Assembly: GCA_042584005.1 (NCBI GenBank)
Contig: JBHOTF010000004.1
Span: 4,151 to 68,150 of the forward strand
Direction: 5' to 3'
Source of the DNA: Bacteroidota bacterium
Lineage (GTDB): Bacteria; Bacteroidota; Bacteroidia; Bacteroidales; JBHOTF01
Length of the DNA: 64,000 nt
Shown: positions 45,674 to 54,701 of the stretch, piece after piece
How positions within the stretch are numbered: position 1 is the stretch's first letter
Layout of the letters: the number at the start of each line of letters is the position of its first letter
Made by a program: the position numbers and the translations under genes
The notes under the pieces: model-generated
Databases searched by the model: none
Told to the model about the DNA's origin: nothing
The model's input: only the letters and a program-made list of their open reading frames with translations

Positions 45674-45842
45674 AATAGCACCTCCATTTAATCATATTGT
45701 TTACATATGAAGTTTGAAATTGAGCACAAAAACGCAATAAAAATAACAGGAAAAAAGAGAAAAAAGAATAAAAGATATATTTGTTTACAATAAAAGAGAA
45801 TTATGAAATGGACATAGTTTTTCGGAATCGATTATATTTATC

Positions 45843-45850
45843 TAAATTTG
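45843..45850 (+). promoter_or_regulatory. Candidate -7 box TAAATTTG
   Basis: TAnnTTTG match 28 nt upstream of mog. A second match, TATATTTG, lies at 45776-45783. Confidence 0.4.
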
Positions 45851-45877
45851 AGAATTACTCCCTTAAAATAATTAATA

Positions 45878-46426
45878 ATGAAGAAAATAACAAAGGATAA
45901 TATTAAATCTGAGCTAAAACTTGATATCAGGATAATTACATTAAGCGACAGAGCACATTCGGGAGAATACGAAGATAGAAGTGGCCCTGTTATTAAGAAC
46001 TTAATTTTTAATTATTTTAATAGTAAAGAATGGAAATTTGATATCAGCCTTAAAGTAATACCTGATAATTCCGACAGACTTAAAAAATTAATATCGGATG
46101 CTAAAAATGAAAAGGCTACAATTATAATTACAACTGGAGGTACTGGAATTGGGCCTAATGATATAACTGTTGAAACAGTCAGACCCTTTATTGATAAGGA
46201 AATACCAGGTATAATGGAACTTATCCGGGTTAAATACGGACAACAAAAACCCAATGCATTGCTTAGCAGAGGGATTGCCGGACTTATGGACGAGACCTTA
46301 GTTTATACACTTCCCGGTAGTGTTAAGGCTGTTAATGAATATATGACAGAGATTCTTAATACTCTTGAGCATTTAATTTATATGAAACTTGGAATTGATG
46401 TTCATGCATGTAAACCTGAAAAATAA
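45878..46426 (+). CDS. mog: Molybdopterin adenylyltransferase (MogA/MoaB family)
   Basis: ITTGGTGIGPNDIT and YTLPGSVKA motifs; 182 aa. Confidence 0.8.
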   Translation: MKKITKDNIKSELKLDIRIITLSDRAHSGEYEDRSGPVIKNLIFNYFNSKEWKFDISLKVIPDNSDRLKKLISDAKNEKATIIITTGGTGIGPNDITVETVRPFIDKEIPGIMELIRVKYGQQKPNALLSRGIAGLMDETLVYTLPGSVKAVNEYMTEILNTLEHLIYMKLGIDVHACKPEK

Positions 46427-46457
46427 TTATAATATTCAAAAACCATTTTTCTTTTTT

Positions 46458-47777
46458 TTATAGTTTAATAAATTTCCTGGTCAGGTAAATATTTTTATTA
46501 TCACTAACATTAATGAAGTAAGGTCCAGGTCTGAGATGATTAATATCTAAATATATTTCATTTGTATTAGAAGAATGTCTGACATCAGAAACTTTTGCCC
46601 CGGAATATGAGAAAATACTAATATATACCTCATTTCCGTAATTCGCAGGCAGGATTATCTTGATTGAACTGCCTGCCGGATTTGGAAATATTTTTAAGTC
46701 TTCCTTAATTGAAATATTATGATAAGCTAATATAGGGCTAATGAATACAGAATCTTTTGTTGAACAATTTTGATTTGATACTTCAACAATATACCATCCA
46801 TAATTAGTTACATTATATGTTTTGTTGGTCTGACCATCTTGCCACAGATAATTATAAAAATCTCCGGGATCTAGAACAATTGTATCCGGCTGGCTGGTAA
46901 AAATACTGTCATTACCTAATTGAGGAAATGGCAAAGGGTAAATTTCAACGTATGCTATTCTGCTTTCGCAATATACTCCATTACAGCTTATTATGCATTG
47001 GTATTCTCCTGATTGTTCCAAATTCGAGTAATTATAAAGTAAATCAGGGCCGCTCTCCCCATCTATTTCAACTCCATCTTTTTTCCATTTATAAATAATG
47101 GAATCTACACCACCGGCCCTGATTTGTAATATAAGTGTTTCTCCTTCACAAAGGGTTTGATCTACAGGCTGCAAGGTGATTTCTATTTCATTGCTATTTC
47201 CTGAATTGACCTCACCTGGTGTTCCAAAATCACCATCCCCGTATATAACAGTTGCTTCCTGCCAATTATTACCGTTATCATTGTCCTGAAAATTAAAATA
47301 TTGAAGGATTAATTCCATTGAGGCCCCATCTGGGTCTGGCCATCCATCATTTCCGGTATATTTTACCTGATCAACAAGCACACTTTCATCTTCGTTTAAT
47401 AGAATAATCTCATCTTCACTATTTCCAAGGGTAAAGCTTGAATATTTATAATCAATCAATATTCCTCCATTTTCAGATATATCATCATTATTTCCAAGAA
47501 CCAGATAATCTCCGGGATTAATAATTAATCCGCCATCTTTTGAAATAGTATGAGAGTTTGAACCATCATCACGAATAATCCAATTGTTCAAATCAATAAT
47601 TTTATTACTTGCATTAAAAAATTCAACCCATTCGCCTTTTGAATCGCTAACTGATTTTGGATTTTGCATTATCTCTGTGATAATTATATCTCCCGGAACA
47701 GGGATATCTTGCCCCGTTAAATTGTTTAAGGATGTTAATAATACAATAGCCAGAATTATTGCTAATTTATTTTTCAT
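46458..47777 (-). CDS. Secreted lamin-tail-domain protein with Ig-like domain and T9SS C-terminal sorting domain
   Basis: Signal peptide. LTD block ITEIMQNPKSVSDSKGEWVEFFN...LNNWIIRD. Ig I-set-like YKWKKDGVEI...SGEYQC. C-terminal KIFPNPAGSSIKI...YFINV...KFIKL. Confidence 0.7.
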   Translation of the reverse strand: MKNKLAIILAIVLLTSLNNLTGQDIPVPGDIIITEIMQNPKSVSDSKGEWVEFFNASNKIIDLNNWIIRDDGSNSHTISKDGGLIINPGDYLVLGNNDDISENGGILIDYKYSSFTLGNSEDEIILLNEDESVLVDQVKYTGNDGWPDPDGASMELILQYFNFQDNDNGNNWQEATVIYGDGDFGTPGEVNSGNSNEIEITLQPVDQTLCEGETLILQIRAGGVDSIIYKWKKDGVEIDGESGPDLLYNYSNLEQSGEYQCIISCNGVYCESRIAYVEIYPLPFPQLGNDSIFTSQPDTIVLDPGDFYNYLWQDGQTNKTYNVTNYGWYIVEVSNQNCSTKDSVFISPILAYHNISIKEDLKIFPNPAGSSIKIILPANYGNEVYISIFSYSGAKVSDVRHSSNTNEIYLDINHLRPGPYFINVSDNKNIYLTRKFIKL

Positions 47778-48105
47778 TATATAAAAATTTAATTTGTTTA
47801 TTATAAAATGTTTTTATTTCGCAGTTTTAATAAAAGATATACCATTTGTTTATATGCGATCTGTATTTATTATTGGAAAATATCTCAATAATAGTCAGAT
47901 AATGAGGCGATAAGAAATCTGTTGCATGAGAAATAATGATGAGAATGCAAAATGGAGAATATTTCTTAATTATGATAAATATATTATTTTCTCACAAACA
48001 ATATTATTAATATTGTGCTGTTATACCTGTGATAAATATTATTAATAATAATTCATCAATGTATAAGCGATTACTCAATTACAGAAATAATAAAAACCAA
48101 TAATT

Positions 48106-48855
48106 ATGAATGATATAATTTTTAAACATAGAACAATAAGAAAGTACAAGAATAAAGATATCGAACCGGAAGTGTTGAAAAATATTCTTAAAGCCGGAAC
48201 CAGAGCCTCCACTACAGGGAATATGCAGGTTTATAGTATTATTGTAACGAGGGATAAAGAATTGAAAGAAAAACTCTGGAATTACCACTTTAAGCAGGAT
48301 ATGGTTCTTCAGGCTCCTGTGATACTCACTTTCTGTGCCGATTTTAATCGTTTTAATAAATGGTGTGAATATAGAAAAGCTGAGCCCGGATATGATAATT
48401 TTCTTTCATTTTACACAGCATCAATAGATGCATTACTTGTTGCTCAAAATGTTGCTTTGGAAGCAGAATCGCATGGTCTGGGAATCTGTTATCTGGGAAC
48501 AACAACATATATGGCCCAACCAATTATTGAAGCTCTGGATATTCCTGAGAATGTAGTTCCTGTAACAACTTTAGTTGTTGGTTATCCTGACGAGGAGCCC
48601 GGACTTACTGACCGCTTACCGGTTGAGGGAGTTATTCATGAGGAAAAATATAAAAACTATTCCAAGAAAGATATTGATAAAATATATGAAGAAAAAGAAG
48701 CATTGCCCTTTACACAGGAATTGATTGAAATTAATGAAACAGAAACTCTTGCTCAGATCTTTACCGATATAAGATATACTAAAAAAGACAATAAAGTTTT
48801 TTCTCAGAAATTCCTGGAAGTAATAAAGAACCAGGGTTTTATGAATAATGAATGA
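48106..48855 (+). CDS. NfsA-like NAD(P)H nitroreductase
   Basis: HRTIRKYK and TTGNMQVYSIIVT motifs; 249 aa. Confidence 0.8.
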   Translation: MNDIIFKHRTIRKYKNKDIEPEVLKNILKAGTRASTTGNMQVYSIIVTRDKELKEKLWNYHFKQDMVLQAPVILTFCADFNRFNKWCEYRKAEPGYDNFLSFYTASIDALLVAQNVALEAESHGLGICYLGTTTYMAQPIIEALDIPENVVPVTTLVVGYPDEEPGLTDRLPVEGVIHEEKYKNYSKKDIDKIYEEKEALPFTQELIEINETETLAQIFTDIRYTKKDNKVFSQKFLEVIKNQGFMNNE

Positions 48856-50575
48856 TGTAAGAAAAATATTTGTTCTATCAGGGATTATTTTTCTGCTAAG
48901 TTTTGACCTTGCAGGACAGGACAAAAATATAAATTTACAAATTCTCATGTCCGAGGCTAATAATGAGTTTAAAATGCCCGGATATAAAAAATCTTTTCCA
49001 GACAGCCTACTTCTATTAGAAGAGTTGAATAGCCTGTTGTATAGCATTCAGGATGAAGCATATCTTACAGCGGGATTTGACTCGATAAAATATTCTGGTG
49101 ATAATGTCACAGCCTGGTTGAATCCCGGCCACAAATATTATTGGACAAATATTTCTGTTGATAAGATTGATAAATCTGTTTTAAAAAAAGCTGGAATTAA
49201 TGAAAGAAGGTTTGCCAACGAAGCAGTTTATTATAAGAAGTATCTTAAAACAATTGGGAAAATTACCAGCTGGTATGAAAATAATGCTTATCCTTTTGCA
49301 TCTGTACAGCTTGAAAATGTTAAAATTGAAAATGAAAAAATTAAGGCCAATCTTGTTGTAAAGGAAAATAACAGAATTGTATTCGACAGTTTGAATATTG
49401 AAGGGGAAGCAAAAATATCCAAAAAGTTTATTAATCGATATACAGGAATTTTTCCGGGTGGGCCATATAGTGAAAAACTGGTGTTTGATCTTAGTAAAAG
49501 ACTTAATGAACTTGCATTTTTACAAGAGCACCGGCCATTTGAACTTGAATTTACCAGAGATAAGGCAAAAATGTATTTATATCTCGATAAAAAGAAAGCC
49601 AATCGGTTTAATGGTATTCTTGCTTTATATCAAAGAGATTCATATAGTGGTAAACTCGGGTTGAAAGGCGAGCTAAGTTTTTTATTGCATAATTCTTTTG
49701 GAATAGGAGAAAAAGTATTTTTCAACTGGAAAAAACTCGAATCAACATCACAAAAGCTTGAAACAGAATTTAAATATCCTTTTGTTTTTTCCTTGCCTGT
49801 TGGTGTTAATGTCGGTTTCGGATTATTTAAAAAGGACAGTTTATATCTGAATACAAATTCCCACTTTGGTTTGGAATATTTTTTTTCAGGAGAAAATTCA
49901 TATCATATTTTCTTCAGAAATAGAGTTTCTTCCATATTATCATCTCCGGGTATAGAAGTTGTTAATGAAGGAAATATTAGGGGTTTTAACACGAAAATAT
50001 ACGGGATGGGTCTTAATTATGAAAATCTCGATTACAGATTCAATCCCCGAAAGGGTGTGCTATTAAAGATTGATGTTGGGGCAGGAAATAAAAAACAACC
50101 GGATAATACAACCCAGGAATCTGACCAAAATGAAAAATATTTTGAATTTGTTTCTGATATATCTTACTATGTGCCTATTGCTCAAAAAATAGCTCTCAGG
50201 TTTAAGAATTATTCAGGATATAAATATGCAGAATCTTTATTTGAGAACGAATTATTCAGAATAGGAGGGCTCAAAACTTTCAGAGGATTTGAAGAAGAAA
50301 CTTTTTTTGCTTCAGCTTTCAGTATTACCAGTATTGAGTTTAGATATTTATTTGAGAAGAATTCTGCTTTTTATGCATTTTTTGATGGCGGATATTATCA
50401 GAAGCCAGAAGATACTGCAACTTTTTCTGATACTCCATTTGGATTTGGTGTAGGTGTGGATTTTGAAACCAGGGCAGGAATATTTACACTTAATTATGCT
50501 CTTGGCCGTCAACAAGGCAATCCTGTTGAATTTAATTCCGGAAAAATCTATTTTGGAATAATAAACCGGTTTTAA
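48848..50575 (+). CDS. Omp85-superfamily outer-membrane protein (POTRA + surface-antigen barrel)
   Basis: Signal peptide. RIGGLKTFRGFEEE...IEFRY motif region. Barrel ends in ...GIINRF. It overlaps the nitroreductase gene by 8 nt (ATGAATGA). Confidence 0.65.
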   Translation: MNDVRKIFVLSGIIFLLSFDLAGQDKNINLQILMSEANNEFKMPGYKKSFPDSLLLLEELNSLLYSIQDEAYLTAGFDSIKYSGDNVTAWLNPGHKYYWTNISVDKIDKSVLKKAGINERRFANEAVYYKKYLKTIGKITSWYENNAYPFASVQLENVKIENEKIKANLVVKENNRIVFDSLNIEGEAKISKKFINRYTGIFPGGPYSEKLVFDLSKRLNELAFLQEHRPFELEFTRDKAKMYLYLDKKKANRFNGILALYQRDSYSGKLGLKGELSFLLHNSFGIGEKVFFNWKKLESTSQKLETEFKYPFVFSLPVGVNVGFGLFKKDSLYLNTNSHFGLEYFFSGENSYHIFFRNRVSSILSSPGIEVVNEGNIRGFNTKIYGMGLNYENLDYRFNPRKGVLLKIDVGAGNKKQPDNTTQESDQNEKYFEFVSDISYYVPIAQKIALRFKNYSGYKYAESLFENELFRIGGLKTFRGFEEETFFASAFSITSIEFRYLFEKNSAFYAFFDGGYYQKPEDTATFSDTPFGFGVGVDFETRAGIFTLNYALGRQQGNPVEFNSGKIYFGIINRF

Positions 50576-50621
50576 TCATATTATTATCCCAATACCTGCT
50601 ACTTGTTACCTGATACAAAAT

Positions 50622-51638
50622 CTATTTTGAATTATAGTCCAGAATTATTCCCTCGCCGATCCATTTTGCAAGGGCTTCACGATTATTATTAAGTAAAAAG
50701 CGTTGCTGATCGCGTGGGTTATTGATATTTCCCAGTTCTATGAAAACAGTGGGGGGATCAGTTTTACGTAACATATACAGGCTGCTTCTTGTTGAAATAG
50801 AACCATGATAACCTCTGCTGGGCTGATATTCCTTGTATTTATTATTTAAAGTTTTATGAATTTTTTGTGCAAGATTTTTCCCAGCTATGCTTCTCTCGTG
50901 ATAATAAAAGAAAACGTCAATATCTTCTGATTCTATATTACTGTCGAGATGAATTACAACGAGTCTTTGGAATTTCCCAATGTGCTGTTTATGAAGTTTG
51001 TTTATTTCATCAGTTCTTTGTTTTAACCTTTTCAAAGGATTCAGAGGCATTGAAAGATTTGGATACGACACCTCATCCCTGTCAATTTTTAGAATACTTT
51101 CATCTCTGATCCCGTCATTCATATCACGTACTATTAGATAAACCAGAGCACCATGGCTTATCAGGCTTCTGGCCAATCTAAGTGTTACATCATAGGCATA
51201 TTCATCTTCCGGTAAAGTATAATTACCATATTTGCCTAATGCTCCAGGATCAGGCCCGCCATGTCCTGCAACTAAATAATAAACTGTGCCTTTTAGCTGA
51301 TTGTCGATTATTTCAACTTTGGAGTATTTACTGCCAAAAATAGGATAGTCAACGCTTGTTACACTTTCGGCACTTTCTGTATTAATGTTATCTGATGAAG
51401 GAAGAATATAATCACGCCCTGCAAATAAACTGTTATTATTTCCCAGGTTTGATTTATTTAATTCAATAAATGAATTTAAATATTTGGCAGGATCAAGGCC
51501 GTTCCGTTGTAATAATTTGTATATTCCATCACCTTTAACAGCTTTAATTGTTTTTTCATTTGTCTGAGCATTTATGGTGAAGAATACCATTGAGATGAAA
51601 AGTGGAATCAGTATTTTTCTCAGACTTTTAATTGCCAT
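50622..51638 (-). CDS. N-acetylmuramoyl-L-alanine amidase (Amidase_3)
   Basis: Signal peptide. AGHGGPDPGALG and IELGNINN motifs. Confidence 0.8.
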   Translation of the reverse strand: MAIKSLRKILIPLFISMVFFTINAQTNEKTIKAVKGDGIYKLLQRNGLDPAKYLNSFIELNKSNLGNNNSLFAGRDYILPSSDNINTESAESVTSVDYPIFGSKYSKVEIIDNQLKGTVYYLVAGHGGPDPGALGKYGNYTLPEDEYAYDVTLRLARSLISHGALVYLIVRDMNDGIRDESILKIDRDEVSYPNLSMPLNPLKRLKQRTDEINKLHKQHIGKFQRLVVIHLDSNIESEDIDVFFYYHERSIAGKNLAQKIHKTLNNKYKEYQPSRGYHGSISTRSSLYMLRKTDPPTVFIELGNINNPRDQQRFLLNNNREALAKWIGEGIILDYNSK

Positions 51639-51812
51639 TAGTATTTTAATTACTAAAAAACTAAAGTTAAATAATAATTTGTCGGATTTTAAAAAAAGGT
51701 TATTAACAGAAAAGGCAAATATAATTTCTGTCGATTTATAATAATGCCTATTATTATTGGCAGGCAGGGGGTTTTCAATATCTAGTTATGGAAGAATCAA
51801 AACTGTGAAAAA

Positions 51813-52682
51813 CTAATAAGTTTTTGTCATTGATTCTGCTACACATATAATAATATTAGCCTTTCCAAGATTTTCTTCATCCAGCTTGTCAATAATTTCT
51901 TGTGAAACCGACCCAATAGAAAGAATTTTCAAATCAGGATTTTTTTGTTTCAAATACCAAACTATACTTTCAAAATTATCGGAATGATAAGTTCCGTGAT
52001 AATGAATGAATGTTTTGCCCTCTTCCCAGTTTTTGTAAATATTATTCGACATAGTAGCGTCTTTAATTGCCTGGGCTTTTGGTAAATTGATATTTACATG
52101 TTGTCCCATTGCTCCCCCTCCCATACTAAGCATGCTTTTATAACAGTTTAGGTTTGCATCATACTGTATAGGTAATGGGGCAATCATTTTTTTTGCTTCA
52201 TCCGTAAGCTTTTCAAGTAATTCGAAACCACCCTTACTTACCATAGAAGCATATCTTCTGGGGATATTTGTAGCAATAAATTTTAGTTTATTATCCTTGG
52301 CCATATTCACCAATGGTTTATAATCGGTTTTATAATTTGGCCATAATTTAGCTTCAGTTTCAAATCTTATAACAGAAATTAAACCATCAAGATATTCATT
52401 CAGGATTAACTGATTATCGGTTTCAAACATTTCTGCACCAAGAACCAGATTATCTCCTTTAATTTCGAACAAATCTTTGCTTAATTCATATTGTAACCAA
52501 TGAACTATAGGGTTATTGTGTAATTCACCAAAAAGTATTATGTCGGCTTCTTCACAATCTTTTAATAGTTTCTCATATTTTACAACAACACCCTGATCAT
52601 CGAAAAGCCTGAAGGCAGGTTTGTCGCTTTGTGCTGCCAGCATAAGTGCTGGAAACAGAAATAAAAACAATTTTTTAAACAT
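51813..52682 (-). CDS. ChaN/DUF399-family (haem-binding uptake, Tiki-like) protein
   Basis: Signal peptide. ADIILFGELHNNPIVHW motif typical of the ChaN family. Confidence 0.6.
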   Translation of the reverse strand: MFKKLFLFLFPALMLAAQSDKPAFRLFDDQGVVVKYEKLLKDCEEADIILFGELHNNPIVHWLQYELSKDLFEIKGDNLVLGAEMFETDNQLILNEYLDGLISVIRFETEAKLWPNYKTDYKPLVNMAKDNKLKFIATNIPRRYASMVSKGGFELLEKLTDEAKKMIAPLPIQYDANLNCYKSMLSMGGGAMGQHVNINLPKAQAIKDATMSNNIYKNWEEGKTFIHYHGTYHSDNFESIVWYLKQKNPDLKILSIGSVSQEIIDKLDEENLGKANIIICVAESMTKTY

Positions 52683-52806
52683 ATCAATAGTTTTATTTTA
52701 AAATAATTTCACAAATGTCTAAAAATAAATAGTTAATCCTGCTAAACCTTTTGATTTTTTTTTAATCTAAGTAAACACTGATCTAATAATATTTAAATAT
52801 ACACCT

Positions 52807-53460
52807 ATGGAAACAAAACTTTCTAAAAAATTTGTCTTTGTTGGAATTATGATTCTTGCTTTCCTGGTTCAGGGTATTACTGGACAGAACATAAAAGAAA
52901 ATAATGAAATTGACAGGAAGGTCAGGAAATTTCTTGAAAGCAATAAATATTCATGGAGAGATATGAATGTTCCGGAATCTGACGGAAAACTTTTATATGA
53001 TATCATTATAAAGAATAACTATAAGACAGCATTAGAGATAGGAACATCAACAGGACATTCAGGAATATGGATTGCATGGGCATTGAGTAAAACAGGAGGG
53101 AAACTAATTACTATTGAAATTGATGAAAAAAGGCATAATGAAGCTTTAGCAAATTTTAAAGAAGTTGGACTTTCCGATTATATCGATGCACGACTTGCTG
53201 ATGCTCATGTGCTTGTTAAGAAAATTAAGGGGCCATTCGATTTTGTTTTTTGTGATGCTGATAAAGGCTGGTATAAAAACTATTTAATTGATATATTACC
53301 AGAAATTAAATCTGGTGGTTGTTTTACAGCACATAATGTTGCTGGTACCCGGCAAAGGGGAATAGGGGATATGCTTGATTATTTAGAAACACTGGATAAT
53401 ATGGAAACAAAAATTGATAGATCAAGCAGATCAGGAATTTCAATAAGCTATAAGAAGTAG
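52807..53460 (+). CDS. Class I SAM-dependent O-methyltransferase (family 3-like) with N-terminal signal/anchor
   Basis: ALEIGTSTGHSGIWIA SAM-binding motif and FVFCDADK. Confidence 0.75.
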   Translation: METKLSKKFVFVGIMILAFLVQGITGQNIKENNEIDRKVRKFLESNKYSWRDMNVPESDGKLLYDIIIKNNYKTALEIGTSTGHSGIWIAWALSKTGGKLITIEIDEKRHNEALANFKEVGLSDYIDARLADAHVLVKKIKGPFDFVFCDADKGWYKNYLIDILPEIKSGGCFTAHNVAGTRQRGIGDMLDYLETLDNMETKIDRSSRSGISISYKK

Positions 53461-53520
53461 TGGATAGTAAAAAAAACGTCAACGCTATTTAGGCATTGTC
53501 AACTCGTCACTCGTCACTCG

Positions 53521-54375
53521 TTACTTATAAATACATCTGGAATTATCCGATTTCACAAAATAACTTTTATAATTTATTGCCTTTGGATCAGTGCAGCCTT
53601 TCAGGTTTAGCAATTCAACTTTTTTGAACTCGACAGGGTGGCTTTCACCCTGAAGGGAAATATAGCCTTCATTTATAAAATTACTTCCGTATTGTTTTAG
53701 CACAGATTCATAATTAGCATCATTTGTATCAAGTTGAGGTTTGCTGTAAATAAGCACAGTATCATTTTCAACAATATGAGTTATTAGAGAATCTCCCAAA
53801 ACAATTGCTTCAACCCGAACCCACTGGTCACCATGAAATGTTTTTGACGTTGAATTTGTACAATGTTGTTTTATTAACTCTCCATTTTTTTCATAGTGTG
53901 TGCCAGGAGTACATAAGTTTGCAGTTGGTCGCTCATCTGATCCATTACCACCCAAAAGTTGAAATTCGATTGATGTAGGAAAGCTCTGATCTTTTTTCAT
54001 GCTTTTTGCTGATTGGGAATGTAGCATGGCACCACTGTTCCTGAATGCCCATCCCGGCCCTCCGGGGACTTGTTCTCCTACAAATCGGTATTCAATTCTT
54101 AATTTATAATATGAAAACTTTTCATTATAAAAAATATGACCGAATTCTCCGTTAAAATTGTCATAATTATCATAAGAGGCACTTAATATGCCATTTGTTA
54201 CACGAAAAGTATTATTATAATTATCATTCAAATTATATCCGGTAATTTTTATATCCCAGCCATCAAGGTTCTTACCGTTAAACAATTTTATCCACTCTTC
54301 CTGATCCTCATTCTTTATTGAATTGCAAGAAATTATGAATATCGATATAACTAATAATAAAATATATTTTTTCAT
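53521..54375 (-). CDS. DUF1080 (3-keto-disaccharide hydrolase-like) lipoprotein
   Basis: Lipobox IFIISC. WIKLFNGKNLDGW hallmark. GYISLQGESHPVEFKKVEL. Confidence 0.7.
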   Translation of the reverse strand: MKKYILLLVISIFIISCNSIKNEDQEEWIKLFNGKNLDGWDIKITGYNLNDNYNNTFRVTNGILSASYDNYDNFNGEFGHIFYNEKFSYYKLRIEYRFVGEQVPGGPGWAFRNSGAMLHSQSAKSMKKDQSFPTSIEFQLLGGNGSDERPTANLCTPGTHYEKNGELIKQHCTNSTSKTFHGDQWVRVEAIVLGDSLITHIVENDTVLIYSKPQLDTNDANYESVLKQYGSNFINEGYISLQGESHPVEFKKVELLNLKGCTDPKAINYKSYFVKSDNSRCIYK

Positions 54376-54400
54376 TTGTAAGGATTTTGTATTGACATAC

Positions 54401-54408
54401 CAAATTTA
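54401..54408 (-). promoter_or_regulatory. Candidate -7 box TAAATTTG (minus strand)
   Basis: The plus strand reads CAAATTTA, 26 nt upstream of the DUF1080 start. Confidence 0.4.
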
Positions 54409-54456
54409 ATTTTTTTTAATATAATTTTACCATCAATAATTAATAAAGTAAAACTT

Positions 54457-54669
54457 ATGATAATAATTAGAGAAGAACTTTGCCCTAAAAATCACATATG
54501 CCCTACAATTAAACTATGTCCTGTTGATGCAATAACTCAGGAAGGATTTGATGCACCAAAGGTAGATAATGAAAAATGTATTTGCTGTTGTATTTGTACC
54601 AGGTCATGTGGAGTTTTTGTTCCAATAGGCTGTTGTGATAAAGGAAAAGATAGTAGAATGTGGAGATAA
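54457..54669 (+). CDS. Small Cys-rich 4Fe-4S-type protein
   Basis: 70 aa with 11 Cys. CPKNHICPTIKLCPVDAI plus CICCCICTRSC (CxxCxxCxxxC) plus a GCC tail. Confidence 0.5.
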   Translation: MIIIREELCPKNHICPTIKLCPVDAITQEGFDAPKVDNEKCICCCICTRSCGVFVPIGCCDKGKDSRMWR

Positions 54670-54701
54670 TAATAAATTAAACGATAATAAAATTTTATTT
54701 A

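Noticed and set aside
45674-45877. Moco riboswitch upstream of the fdh operon, mog or moeA (also 36299-36385).
   Set aside because: The spacers are very AT-rich and lack the GC-rich conserved helices of the Moco RNA motif as I remember it. The leaders implied by the -7 boxes are only about 15-30 nt.
47926-48045. 39-aa ORF MRNNDENAKWRIFLNYDKYIIFSQTILLILCCYTCDKYY in the 328-nt spacer upstream of the NfsA-like gene.
   Set aside because: There is no recognisable promoter box, RBS or homology. The spacer is AT-rich and the ORF length is within chance expectation. It lies 30 kb from the LanB genes.
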